From Gaiellaceae bacterium (GTDB lineage: Bacteria; Actinomycetota; Thermoleophilia; Gaiellales; Gaiellaceae), in assembly GCA_036523555.1 (NCBI GenBank), contig DATDDZ010000021.1, positions 1-25,115 on the forward strand: a stretch of DNA of 25,115 nucleotides. Direction: 5' to 3'. The translations under genes and the position numbers were made by a program. Positions 7,847 to 17,080 of the stretch are shown piece by piece. Within the stretch, counting starts at the first letter, position 1; every line of letters begins with the position of its first letter. The notes under the pieces are model-generated. The model did no database searches and was not told the DNA's origin. It was given only the letters and a program-made list of their open reading frames with translations.

Positions 7847-9064
7847 ATGCGAGCCGGGCCCCTCGCCGCCGTGGCGGTTGCAGCCGCCGTCGTCGGCGGA
7901 GGTGCCGCTCTGGGTATCGGCAAGAGTGCGGGTTGGCTCGGCCAGAGGACGAAGACCGTCGTCGTTCAGGCCGGCACCGTCAGGCCCACCGCTCTGCCCG
8001 CTGCCGCAAAGTCGACCGTCGCCCCGCTCGAGGGAAAGGGTTTCGAGCCGAGCCGCATCTTCGCCAGCCGCTCCCCGGGCGTCGTGACGATCTTCGCCTA
8101 TTTCGGCGATCCGGCGTCCGCGAGCACCCAGATCTCACAGGGCTCGGGTTTCGTCATCTCCGGTTCCGGCTACGTGCTGACGAACTCGCACGTGATCACG
8201 AATGCGGGGGAGACGAGAAACGTGCACGCGGCAGCACACCTCTATGTCGAGTTCTCGGACGGCGGCCGGGTCGAGGCGAAGGTGGTTGGCTGGGACCTCT
8301 ACGACGACGTCGGCCTCGTTCGCGTCGATCCAGCAGGCCATGACCTCTTTCCGGTGCCTCTCGGCGAGTCGGCCGGCGTCGTCGTCGGCGAGCCCGTCGC
8401 CGCGATCGGGAGCCCGCTCGGCAACGAGAACTCGCTCGCGGTCGGGGTCGTCTCCGCCGTCCATCGCTCGATCGACGCCTTGACGGTGGCCAGGTACAAG
8501 GTGGTCGACGCGATTCAGACCGATGCGCCGATCACGCACGGCAACTCTGGCGGCCCGCTCTTCGACGCCCACGGTCGCGTGATCGGGATCAACGCGCAGA
8601 TACGGAGCGCGAACGGGACCGGCAACGACAGCGGCATCGCTTTCGCGATTCCGATCGACGCGGCGAAGCGATCGGTCGCGCAGCTGATCGCCAGGGGCAA
8701 GGTGTCGTATGCGTACGTCGGCGTCAGCACCGAGGACATGACGCCGACGCTCGCACGGGCCCTCGGCTCGAAGGTCGAACACGGGGCTCTGATCGTCGCT
8801 GTGAACTCGTCGAGCCCCGCGAGCCGGGCGGGGCTCAGGGCCGGAACGCGCCAGGTCGACGTGCTCGGCATCAACGGCCTGGTCGCAGGTGGGGACGTCG
8901 TCGTCGCAGTCGACGGCCACGCGATTCGGCGTGCGGACGACCTTGTGCGGATCGTCTCGTTCTCCCTTGAGCCGAACGGGGTCACCGTCTTCACGATCGT
9001 CCGGAACGGCCGCCGCCTGAACGTCCCCGTCACGCTCGGCGAGCGAGAGCTGCCGACCGATTAG
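7847..9064 (+). CDS. htrA: HtrA/DegP-like S1C serine protease with PDZ domain
   Basis: N-terminal TM; triad TNSHV, YDDVGL, IQTDAPITHGNSGGP; C-terminal PDZ. Alternative start GTG 7838. Confidence 0.93.
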   Translation: MRAGPLAAVAVAAAVVGGGAALGIGKSAGWLGQRTKTVVVQAGTVRPTALPAAAKSTVAPLEGKGFEPSRIFASRSPGVVTIFAYFGDPASASTQISQGSGFVISGSGYVLTNSHVITNAGETRNVHAAAHLYVEFSDGGRVEAKVVGWDLYDDVGLVRVDPAGHDLFPVPLGESAGVVVGEPVAAIGSPLGNENSLAVGVVSAVHRSIDALTVARYKVVDAIQTDAPITHGNSGGPLFDAHGRVIGINAQIRSANGTGNDSGIAFAIPIDAAKRSVAQLIARGKVSYAYVGVSTEDMTPTLARALGSKVEHGALIVAVNSSSPASRAGLRAGTRQVDVLGINGLVAGGDVVVAVDGHAIRRADDLVRIVSFSLEPNGVTVFTIVRNGRRLNVPVTLGERELPTD

Positions 9065-9088
9065 GGTCTCATCGTGCCGGTTTCGCCA

Positions 9089-9113
9089 GTTTCGCCTTCG
9101 GTTCTCTGGGTAA
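9089..9113 (+). promoter_or_regulatory. SigB/SigF-type stress promoter
   Basis: GTTT-N15-GGGTAA ending 10 nt before the rsbW-like ATG; matches the GTTT-N14-17-GGGTA consensus. Confidence 0.65.
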
Positions 9114-9123
9114 ACCCTTCCGA

Positions 9124-9567
9124 ATGGGCGAAGCGAAGGTGACGACGGGCACGAACGGCGAAGGCCACACGGTGGAGCTCACCATTCCGGCCCGCGCGGA
9201 GTACGTCGCCCTCTGCCGGCTCACCCTGGCCGGCCTCGTGCGGGCGCGCCCGCTCCCGGAGGAGGTCGTGGCCGATCTCAAGCTCGCCCTGACCGAGGCG
9301 GCCTCGAACTCCGTGCGCCACGCCTACGCGGACGGCGGTGGTGGGGTCGTCGGGATCCGCTACCACCTCCTGCCGGACCGTCTGGTGATCGAGGTGGAGG
9401 ACGAGGGCAGCGGCTTCGACCAAAACACGGAGGCGGGAGCTCCCGCCGAGTTGAACGAGGGCGGCCTCGGGCTCGCGATCATCCGCGCGATCGCGGACCA
9501 CGTCGAGATCGGCGCTCACCCGAGCGGCAGAGGATCGCGGCTCCGCTTCGAGAAATCCCTGGAGTAA
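9124..9567 (+). CDS. RsbW-like anti-sigma factor / Ser-Thr kinase (HATPase_c_2)
   Basis: ELTIPARAEYVALCR, DLKLALTEAASNSVRHAY, VEDEGSGF, EGGLGLAIIRAIAD. Confidence 0.9.
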   Translation: MGEAKVTTGTNGEGHTVELTIPARAEYVALCRLTLAGLVRARPLPEEVVADLKLALTEAASNSVRHAYADGGGGVVGIRYHLLPDRLVIEVEDEGSGFDQNTEAGAPAELNEGGLGLAIIRAIADHVEIGAHPSGRGSRLRFEKSLE

Positions 9568-9618
9568 GAGCCCCCTCGGGCTGTATGCTGCGCGCCCTTC
9601 GACGCAACGAGCCCAGAC

Positions 9619-10896
9619 ATGCTTCAACTCGTCAACGCCGGCCACAAGTCACTCGCCGACTACGCCACGATTGCCACGCGAGGGCTGATGGACGAGATCC
9701 GCAGGCTCGCCGAGCCGCTCGCCGGCAAGCGGGTCGCCCACCTTTCAGCCACCGCGTTCGGTGGCGGCGTCGCCGAGATCAACTACACGCTCATCCCGCT
9801 GATGCAGGACGCGGGCCTCGAGGTCGAGTGGCGCATCATCAAGGGCGCCGAGGAGTTCTACGACGTCACGAAGACGATCCACAACGCGTTGCAGGGCAAT
9901 CCGCAGGGCCTCACCGCGGAGCAGCTCGAGATCTTCCGGCGGTACCAGGCGCTGAACGCCGAAGCCTTCGAGGACGACTACGACTTCGTCGTCGTTCACG
10001 ATCCGCAGCCCGTCGGGATGGTCGACTTCTACCCTCGGTCCCGCGCGCACTGGATCTGGCGAGGTCACATCGACTTCTCCACGCCGAATCACGAGGTCTT
10101 CGATGCGCTGCTTCCGTCGATCCGCGGTTACGACGCGGCGATTTTCCACATGCGCGAGTACGTGCCGAGCGCGGATGGGCTGCCTCCGTGTTACATCTGG
10201 CCGCCTGCGATCGACCCCCTCGCGCCGAAGAACATGGCTCTCTCCGGGGAGGACGCCGCCTACATCGTCGACCAGTTCGGCATCGACGTGGAGCGGCCGC
10301 TGCTAACCCAGGTGTCGCGGTTCGACCCGTGGAAGGACCCGCTCGGCGTGATCGACGCGTACCGTCTCGTGAAGGAGCAGTTCCCCGGCATGCAGCTCGC
10401 GCTCGTCGGTTCGATGGCTCACGACGATCCCGAGGGTTGGGACTTCTACAACCAGACCGTCGCGTATGCGGCCGGCGATCCCGACATCTACATCCTCTCG
10501 AACCTGAACAACGTCGGCTCGGTGGAGGTCAATGCCTTCCAGGTCCACTCTGCGGCAGTCCTGCAGAAGTCGATCCGTGAGGGCTTCGGGCTGACCGTGA
10601 CGGAGGCGCTCTGGAAGACCCGCCCGACGGTCGCCGGACGCGTCGGCGGGATCGTTGCGCAGATCCAGGACGGCGAGACCGGGTGGCTCGTCGACTCCGC
10701 GACGGACTGCGCCCGGGCATGCATCGAGATCCTCTCTGACCCGGCAGCCGCGCGACAGCGTGCGCTCAAGGGCAAGGAGTACGTCCGCCGCAACTTCCTG
10801 ACGCCGAGGCTCCTGCGCGACTGGCTTGTGCTCTTCAACCGTCTGCTCGGCAACGAGACGGCAGGCGCGGAGCTGGCGGTCGTCGCGGCCGCCTAG
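9619..10896 (+). CDS. treT: TreT-like trehalose synthase (GT4)
   Basis: GGGVAEI, IHNALQG, VHDPQP, WIWRGHID, QVSRFDPWKDP, QKSIREGFGLTVTEALWK. Confidence 0.8.
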   Translation: MLQLVNAGHKSLADYATIATRGLMDEIRRLAEPLAGKRVAHLSATAFGGGVAEINYTLIPLMQDAGLEVEWRIIKGAEEFYDVTKTIHNALQGNPQGLTAEQLEIFRRYQALNAEAFEDDYDFVVVHDPQPVGMVDFYPRSRAHWIWRGHIDFSTPNHEVFDALLPSIRGYDAAIFHMREYVPSADGLPPCYIWPPAIDPLAPKNMALSGEDAAYIVDQFGIDVERPLLTQVSRFDPWKDPLGVIDAYRLVKEQFPGMQLALVGSMAHDDPEGWDFYNQTVAYAAGDPDIYILSNLNNVGSVEVNAFQVHSAAVLQKSIREGFGLTVTEALWKTRPTVAGRVGGIVAQIQDGETGWLVDSATDCARACIEILSDPAAARQRALKGKEYVRRNFLTPRLLRDWLVLFNRLLGNETAGAELAVVAAA

Positions 10897-10908
10897 GCTG
10901 CGCCGCTC

Positions 10909-12327
10909 GTGCGCCGCAGGCTGATCGTCGTCTCGAACCGCGGCCCGGTCTCGTACGGGCTCGATGCGCAGGGGAACCGCACGGCGAGGCGAGGTGGCGG
11001 CGGTCTCGTGACCGCTCTGCGGAGCCTCGTCGCCTACCACGACGTCACGTGGATCGCGAGCGCGATCACGCCCGAAGATCGCGCGCTCGCGGGCCGTACG
11101 ATCGACGAAACGGCTCGCGACGGCTCCCTCTACCGTCTGCATCTGATCGCCCATGACGAGCAGGCCTACGACTGGTACTACAACGTCGTCGCGAACCCGG
11201 CGCTCTGGTTTCTCCAGCATTCGCTCTGGGCGCTTGCGAACACACCGAGAGTCGATCGCGCCTTTCACGTCGCCTGGGACCAGGGGTACACGGTCGTGAA
11301 CGAGGGATTCGCGGCAGCGGTCCTCGCGGAGCTCGAGCAGGCCCCCGATGCCGCCGTGTTCTTCCACGACTACCAGCTCTACCTGGCCCCGCGCATGGTG
11401 CGCGCGCGGAAGCCCGACGCGAAGTTGATGCATTTCGTGCACATCCCGTGGCCCCAGCCGGACGCGTGGCGGGTACTGCCGAGGCGCATGCGCTCTGCCG
11501 TGCACGACGGCCTGATCGCCAACGACGTCGTCGGCTTCCACACCGAGCGCTGGCGCCGGAACTTCGTCTACTGCGTCCGGGAGATTCTCGGTGAGGACGT
11601 GACCGCGAAGACGGTGACCGCACCGATCTCCGTTGACGCTGCCGAGTTCGAGGAGCTCGCGCAGAGCGACGCCGTGCTCGAGGCCGAGCGCGAGATCGTC
11701 GCCGACCGGCCCGAGAAGCTCGTCGTCCGCGTCGACCGGACCGACCCGTCGAAGAACATCGTGCGCGGTTTCCAGGCGTTCGAGCTCTACCTCGACCGGC
11801 ATCCGGAGATGCACGGACGCGTCACCATGCTCGCGCTGCTCGACCCCTCACGGCAGGACATCGCCGAGTACGCGGAGTATCTCGCGTCGATCGAGCGTGA
11901 GGCGCGCCGCGTCAACGGGCGACTGGCCACGATGGGCTGGACACCGATCGAGCTCGAGATCGAGGACGATTTCCCCAGATCGGTGGCGGCCTTCAAGCAG
12001 TTCGATGTACTGCTCGTCAACGCGATCTTCGACGGGATGAACCTGGTCGCCAAGGAGGCGCCGCTCGTGAACCAGCGCGACGGTGTCGTTGTCCTGTCGG
12101 AAAACGCCGGCGCGCACGCCGAGCTCGGCGAATGGGTGCTTTCCGTGAACCCGTTCGACGTCGAGGCGCAGGCCGACGCGCTCGAGGAGGCCGTGGAGAT
12201 GCCCTTGGGGGAGCGCCGGGCGCGGCTCGACGCGATCCGGTCGCAGGTGCTCGAGCACGATCTGAACGCCTGGATCGCCACGCAGCTCGATGCTCTCGAC
12301 CGGGTGGGCGCTCCGTCGCGCAGCTAG
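10909..12327 (+). CDS. otsA: Trehalose-6-phosphate synthase family (GT20)
   Basis: [69 protein letters not shown]. Confidence 0.85.
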   Translation: MRRRLIVVSNRGPVSYGLDAQGNRTARRGGGGLVTALRSLVAYHDVTWIASAITPEDRALAGRTIDETARDGSLYRLHLIAHDEQAYDWYYNVVANPALWFLQHSLWALANTPRVDRAFHVAWDQGYTVVNEGFAAAVLAELEQAPDAAVFFHDYQLYLAPRMVRARKPDAKLMHFVHIPWPQPDAWRVLPRRMRSAVHDGLIANDVVGFHTERWRRNFVYCVREILGEDVTAKTVTAPISVDAAEFEELAQSDAVLEAEREIVADRPEKLVVRVDRTDPSKNIVRGFQAFELYLDRHPEMHGRVTMLALLDPSRQDIAEYAEYLASIEREARRVNGRLATMGWTPIELEIEDDFPRSVAAFKQFDVLLVNAIFDGMNLVAKEAPLVNQRDGVVVLSENAGAHAELGEWVLSVNPFDVEAQADALEEAVEMPLGERRARLDAIRSQVLEHDLNAWIATQLDALDRVGAPSRS

Positions 12328-12340
12328 GATCGGCAGGCGC

Positions 12341-12787
12341 ATGGGCGAGCTGAGCCACGTCAGCAAGGCGGGCGACGTTCGCATGGTGGACGTCGGCGGA
12401 AAGCCGCTCTCACGGCGCAGGGCTGTCGCGTGCGGGAGCGTTGTCATGGGCTCCGAGACCGCGCGGCGCCTACGAAAGCTCCCGAAGGGCGACGCGCTCG
12501 CAGCGGCCCAGCTCGCCGGCATCATGGCCGCCAAGCGGACGAGCGAGCTGATCCCGCTGTGCCATCCGCTGCCGCTGACTCACGTCGAGGTGTCGCTCGA
12601 GGTCGGCGAGGCGCGCGTCGACATCACCGCCGTCGCGGAGACGACGGCCCAGACGGGCGTCGAGATGGAAGCGCTGACGGCCGTGTCGGTGGCCGCGCTG
12701 ACGGTCTACGACATGACGAAGGCGGTCGATCGGGAGCTCGTCGTCACCGATGTGCGGCTCGTCGAGAAGACGAAGGAGCCGACCTGA
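12341..12787 (+). CDS. moaC: Cyclic pyranopterin monophosphate synthase MoaC
   Basis: LSHV...[46 protein letters not shown]; start at ATG 12341. Confidence 0.95.
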   Translation: MGELSHVSKAGDVRMVDVGGKPLSRRRAVACGSVVMGSETARRLRKLPKGDALAAAQLAGIMAAKRTSELIPLCHPLPLTHVEVSLEVGEARVDITAVAETTAQTGVEMEALTAVSVAALTVYDMTKAVDRELVVTDVRLVEKTKEPT

Positions 12788-13263
12788 GAGCGGCAGTACT
12801 GACCGTCTCCGACGGGGTCGCGGCGGGAGTGCGTGATGATGCGAGCGGGTCACTGCTCGTCGAGCTGCTGGCGGGTGAGGAATACGAGGTCGAGCATCGC
12901 GTCGTGCCGGACGACCGCGCCGGGATCTCGGCGGCGATCCGCGAGCTCTGCGAGCGGGCCGAGCTCGTCCTGACGACCGGGGGAACCGGCGTTGCCCCAC
13001 GAGACAACACTCCCGAAGCAACCGAGGAGGTGCTCGACCGGCACGTGCCAGGGATCGCGGAAGCACTGCGCGCCGACGCGCTCGCGAAGACGCCGCACGG
13101 ACTGCTCGGCCGCGGGGTCGCCGGCATTCGAGGGAGAACGCTCATCGTCAACCTTCCGGGGTCGACCGGCGGTTGCCGCGACGGCTTCCGTCTCCTGCGG
13201 CCGGCACTCGGGCACGCGCTCGAGCTGATCGCCGGCGAGACGTCCGAGCACCGGGCGACGTGA
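12784..13263 (+). CDS. mog: MogA/MoaB-family molybdopterin adenylyltransferase (probable CTG start)
   Basis: (L)RAAVLTVSD...[47 protein letters not shown] 12784 lies 5 nt after AAGGAG and overlaps the moaC TGA. Confidence 0.88.
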   Translation: MRAAVLTVSDGVAAGVRDDASGSLLVELLAGEEYEVEHRVVPDDRAGISAAIRELCERAELVLTTGGTGVAPRDNTPEATEEVLDRHVPGIAEALRADALAKTPHGLLGRGVAGIRGRTLIVNLPGSTGGCRDGFRLLRPALGHALELIAGETSEHRAT

Positions 13264-14120
13264 GCTCGGCGCTCGTCCTCCCCGGCCGGTTCGCGTCGCT
13301 CGTCAAGATCGAGCACACGGTCTTCGCTCTTCCGTTCGCGTACATCGGAGCGCTCCTCTCCGTCCACGACGTCCCGTCCGCGCACGACCTCCTCTGGATC
13401 ACGGTGGCTATGGTGGGCGCGCGGTCGCTCGCGATGGGGCTCAACCGGGTCATCGATGCGGAGATCGACGCGCGCAACCCGCGGACGGCCGGGCGCGAGC
13501 TTCCGTCCGGCCTGTTGACGCGCGCTCAGGTGGCCGCTTTTTGCGCGCTCGCGCTCGCCGTCTACCTGCTCGCCTGCTTCCAGCTCGACCCGCTCGTGCG
13601 GTGGCTCTGGCCCATCCCGCTCGCCGGTTTCGTCGTCTACCCGTATCTCAAGCGCTTCACGTGGCTCAGCCATCTGTGGCTCGGTGCTGTCGACGGCCTC
13701 GCGCCCGTGGGCGCGTGGGTCGCGATCACCGGCCGGCTTCCATGGGAGGCCTGGGCGCTGGGCGGCGCTGTCGCGCTGTGGATCGCAGGCTTCGACTTCT
13801 TCTACGCGCTCTTCGACCGCGACGTCGACGTCGCGCAGGGGCTGCATTCGGTGGCTGTCCGGTTCGGCGTCGCCGGCGCTTTCTGGTGGGCGCGGGCGCT
13901 CCACGTCGCGACCGTGGCGCTGCTCGCCGCAGCCGGCATCGGGTTGCGGCTCGGGTGGCCCTACTGGCTCGGAGTCGGCATCGTCGCGGCTCTCCTCGGA
14001 TACGAGCACTCACTGGTGCGGCCCGGTGATCTCCGGCGTCTGGACGCCGCGTTCTTCACGGTCAACGGCGCGATCAGCATCGCGCTCTTCCTGTTCGTGC
14101 TCGTCGAAGTCCTGGTCTAG
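13260..14120 (+). CDS. mqnP: UbiA-like prenyltransferase, MqnP type (futalosine menaquinone pathway)
   Basis: LVKIEHTVFALPFAY, GARSLAMGLNRVIDAEIDARNPRT, RELPSG, YPYLKRFT, AGFDFFYALFDRDVD; GTGA overlap with mog. Confidence 0.85.
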   Translation: MSSALVLPGRFASLVKIEHTVFALPFAYIGALLSVHDVPSAHDLLWITVAMVGARSLAMGLNRVIDAEIDARNPRTAGRELPSGLLTRAQVAAFCALALAVYLLACFQLDPLVRWLWPIPLAGFVVYPYLKRFTWLSHLWLGAVDGLAPVGAWVAITGRLPWEAWALGGAVALWIAGFDFFYALFDRDVDVAQGLHSVAVRFGVAGAFWWARALHVATVALLAAAGIGLRLGWPYWLGVGIVAALLGYEHSLVRPGDLRRLDAAFFTVNGAISIALFLFVLVEVLV

Positions 14121-14148
14121 GGCCGAGGCCGCCCGCGGCGCCCGCGAC

Positions 14149-14154
14149 TACAGT
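14149..14154 (+). promoter_or_regulatory. -10 hexamer for leaderless ccmA operon transcript
   Basis: TACAGT 6 nt before GTG 14161. Confidence 0.5.
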
Positions 14155-14160
14155 GGCGCT

Positions 14161-14745
14161 GTGATCCGGGCCCGCCGACTGGAGAAGCGCTACGGCGCCA
14201 AGCGGGTCCTGCGCGGAGTCGGCTTCGAGCTCACCAGCCCGGGCTTCCTGCTCGTGACCGGCCCCAACGGCTCCGGGAAGACGACCCTCCTCCGCCTCTG
14301 CGCCGGCCTGGCCGCACCGACGGCCGGGGAGCTCGACGTCGCGGTGACGCGCGGACGGATCGGCTTTCTCGGACACGAGCCGCTGGTGTACCGGGAGCTC
14401 ACCGCCCTCGAGAACCTCGAGCTCTACGGGCGCCTCTACCGCGTGCGCGAGCGCCGGGAGCGGATCGGGATGCTGCTCGAGCGCTTCGAGCTCTGGGACG
14501 CCCGGCACGAGCGCGCCGGTTCCTACTCCCGCGGCATGATGCAGCGCCTCGCGCTCTGCCGGACGCTCCTGCACGATCCCGACCTGCTCGTCCTCGACGA
14601 GCCTTACAGCGGCCTCGACGACGACGGCGCAGCGCTGCTCGACCGTGAGCTCGCCGAGCGGCGCGAGAGGGCGGCGTTCGTCGTGGCGACGCACGATCCC
14701 GAGCGAGTCGAGCCGCTCGCCTCGCTTCGACTGGCGCTGGGATGA
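14161..14745 (+). CDS. ccmA: Heme exporter ABC ATPase CcmA
   Basis: Walker A GPNGSGKT, YSRGM signature, Walker B LLVLDEP, VATHD; adjacent to ccmB and ccmC. Confidence 0.88.
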   Translation: MIRARRLEKRYGAKRVLRGVGFELTSPGFLLVTGPNGSGKTTLLRLCAGLAAPTAGELDVAVTRGRIGFLGHEPLVYRELTALENLELYGRLYRVRERRERIGMLLERFELWDARHERAGSYSRGMMQRLALCRTLLHDPDLLVLDEPYSGLDDDGAALLDRELAERRERAAFVVATHDPERVEPLASLRLALG

Positions 14746-15380
14746 CGTACCTCGCGGACGTCGGCACGCTTGCTCGCAAGGATCTTCTGCTCGAGCTGCG
14801 CGCGCGCGACACGCTGCCGGCAATGCTCCTGTTCGTCTTCTCCACCCTGGTCGTCTTCCACTTCGTGCTGCCCGGCGACTCGTCGGAGCTCGCGGCCACC
14901 GGGCTCCTCTGGGTCGCTCTCGTCTTCACGGCGCTCCTCGGCCTCTCGCGGTCGTTCGCCGCCGAGCGGGACCAGGGCGTGATCGACGGGCTCATCCTCG
15001 CCCCGAGTGACCGCAGCGCGATCTGGCTCTGGAAGGCTCTCTCGATCCTCGTCTTCCTCGGCCTCGCGGAGGTGGTGGCGCTGCCGGCCTTCGCCCTCTT
15101 CTTCGGGGACGTGGACGGGTCGCTCGTCGCCGGGGTCGCCCTCGCGGATCTCGGGATCGCGGCCGTCGGGACGCTGCTCGCGGCCGTCGCGGCGGCCAGT
15201 CGGGCACGCGAGCTGCTGCTGCCGCTCCTCTTCCTCCCTCTGGCGATCCCGATCGTGATCGGCGGCGTCGGCGCGAGTGTGGCCGACCACTCCCCGCGTT
15301 ACCTCGGCTTCCTGGCGGTCTACGACACGATCTTCGCGCTCGTCTGCTGGGCATCGTTCGAGTACGTCGTCACCGAGTAG
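14742..15380 (+). CDS. ccmB: Heme exporter permease CcmB
   Basis: KDLLLELRARD, LLWVALVF, FAAERDQG...L, ELLLPLLFLPLAIPIVI; about 6 TMs. Confidence 0.92.
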   Translation: MTYLADVGTLARKDLLLELRARDTLPAMLLFVFSTLVVFHFVLPGDSSELAATGLLWVALVFTALLGLSRSFAAERDQGVIDGLILAPSDRSAIWLWKALSILVFLGLAEVVALPAFALFFGDVDGSLVAGVALADLGIAAVGTLLAAVAAASRARELLLPLLFLPLAIPIVIGGVGASVADHSPRYLGFLAVYDTIFALVCWASFEYVVTE

Positions 15381-15403
15381 CGGCCCGGTCCGAGGGGTCT
15401 CAG

Positions 15404-16117
15404 GTGGGAGTTCTGCGAGAATTGCTTCGCAGTCCCGTGTGGATCCGTCTCCCCCTTCCAGGCCTCGCCGCCGTCGCCCTCGTCCTCGTCGCGACGGCGA
15501 TCGCGCTGATCGCGTACGTCGCTCCCGAGGACGTCGACCAGGGTCTCTCGCAGAAGATCTTCTACTTCCACGTGCCCATCGCCCTGACCGCGTACGCGAT
15601 GTTCGGCTGGGGTGCGTGGAAGGCACTGCTCCACCTGTGGCGCCGGGATCCAGACGCCGATCTCGAGAGTTACGTCGCGATCCACCAGGGCGTGATCTTC
15701 GGCGCGCTCACGCTCGTGACCGGATCGATCTGGGCCAAGATCTCTTGGGGCGTCTGGTGGGCGTGGAGCTCGAACCAGCTCGTCCTCTTCCTGGTCCTCT
15801 TCCTCTTCTACGCCGCCTACTTCATGCTGCGCTTCTCGATCGAGCCGGGGCCGCGACGGGCGAACAGCAATGCCGTCTACGCGATCTTCGGCGTCGCCCT
15901 GATCCCGGTCAGCTTTCTCGCGATTCGACTTGCGAACGACTTCATCCACCCGACCGTGTTCACCTCGCACGGGCCGCAGATGTCGGGCCTGATGTTCTTC
16001 ACGTTCTGCATCTCGTGGGCGTCCTTGCTTGCGCTGGCCGCATGTCTGTATCGAGTCGAGCTGGCGGGAAAGAGAATCGATCTGCGCCTGCGCGAGCTGA
16101 GGGAGCTGCTGACGTGA
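15404..16117 (+). CDS. ccmC: Heme exporter / heme-delivery protein CcmC (variant W-rich motif)
   Basis: KIFYFHVP (His), LVTGSIWAKISWGVWWAW, FIHP (His). Start uncertain (15404 or GTG 15437). Confidence 0.88.
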   Translation: MGVLRELLRSPVWIRLPLPGLAAVALVLVATAIALIAYVAPEDVDQGLSQKIFYFHVPIALTAYAMFGWGAWKALLHLWRRDPDADLESYVAIHQGVIFGALTLVTGSIWAKISWGVWWAWSSNQLVLFLVLFLFYAAYFMLRFSIEPGPRRANSNAVYAIFGVALIPVSFLAIRLANDFIHPTVFTSHGPQMSGLMFFTFCISWASLLALAACLYRVELAGKRIDLRLRELRELLT

Positions 16118-16296
16118 CCAGCGCGGAGAAGTACGTCGCGGCCGCGTATCTCGTTGTCTTCGTCGTCGTCCTCGCTTACGTCCTGATCATCGCCGCGAAG
16201 CTCGACCGGCTCGAGCGCGAGGTCGCCGAGCTCAGTGAGCTCGCACACGCACGCAGGGAGGACGAACCGGAGCGAGAGGCGGTCGCGGTTGGCTGA
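16114..16296 (+). CDS. ccmD: CcmD-like small membrane protein (60 aa)
   Basis: GTG 16114 overlaps the ccmC stop; KYVAAAYLVVFVVVLAYV single TM followed by a charged tail; position directly after ccmC. Confidence 0.75.
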   Translation: MTSAEKYVAAAYLVVFVVVLAYVLIIAAKLDRLEREVAELSELAHARREDEPEREAVAVG

Positions 16297-17080
16297 GCTC
16301 TTGTTCTGGCCGGCTTTGATCGCCTACGGCGAGGCGGCGGTCGCCTATCTCGGCGATGCGCGCCGTCCCGGGCTGGCAGGGCGGCTCGCGATCTGGGGCG
16401 TCCGCGTCGGCTGGCTCGTCCAGACCGCGCTGCTCGCGGTTCAGGCCGCCCGCTCGGACGGGTTTCCGTGGTCGACGTGGGCAACGTCGCTCAACCTCTT
16501 CGTCTGGCTCGTGGTCGCGGCCTATCTGATCTGGGGCTGCCGGCCCCGGTATCGGTTGCTCGGGCTGGCGGTCCTCCCTCCTGCGGTGATCCTGTTCGCC
16601 CTGGCCCGCGCGGGCGGCGGGACCGGCGTGGGTGCGCACAGCCGGTACTCGAATCTCTTCCTCGTGCTGCACGTCGGGCTCGTCCTGACCGCGTTCGCCG
16701 GTTTCATGCTCGCCGCGTCGCTGTCGGCCCTGTATCTCTGGCAGGAGCAGCGGCTGAAGCGCCACGAGGCATCGATCCTCCGCGTGCGCGCGCCGGCGCT
16801 CAGCCGCCTAGACGAGCTGACGGGCAGGACGATCGCGGTCGCGGTGCCGGCTCTGACTCTGGGGATCGCCGTCGGGATCGTGCGCCTGCGTAGCGACGGT
16901 GGGGGGTTCGACGCGCTGATGGCGGTGACGGTGCTCACGTGGGCCGTGTATGGGACCTACCTCGGGCTGCGCTATCTCGCGGGCTGGCGCGGCCGGCGTG
17001 GCGCCTATCTCGTCCTCGCAGGCTTCGCGCTCGTCGTCGTGGCCAGGCTCGCCCTCCCCATCACCCACTTCACCTCATGA
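16289..17080 (+). CDS. HemX/YpjD-like membrane protein of the CcsA (cytochrome c assembly) superfamily
   Basis: TTG start with GAGAGG upstream; LVLHVG, LYLWQEQRLK, PALSRLD, GWRGRRGAYL, C-terminal HF; no WGxxWxWD motif; directly precedes hemA. Confidence 0.8.
   Translation: MAELLFWPALIAYGEAAVAYLGDARRPGLAGRLAIWGVRVGWLVQTALLAVQAARSDGFPWSTWATSLNLFVWLVVAAYLIWGCRPRYRLLGLAVLPPAVILFALARAGGGTGVGAHSRYSNLFLVLHVGLVLTAFAGFMLAASLSALYLWQEQRLKRHEASILRVRAPALSRLDELTGRTIAVAVPALTLGIAVGIVRLRSDGGGFDALMAVTVLTWAVYGTYLGLRYLAGWRGRRGAYLVLAGFALVVVARLALPITHFTS

Noticed and set aside
15406-15436. Small hairpin (CTGCGA/TCGCAG with GGGA/TCCC) at the ccmB-ccmC junction
   Set aside because: Short stem, the ccmC start is ambiguous, and there is no further support for a regulatory role.
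16289-17080. Calling this gene a true System II cytochrome c synthase (CcsA/ResC)
   Set aside because: It lacks the WGxxWxWDxKE heme-handling motif and a ccsB/resB partner; sequence and position fit HemX/YpjD.
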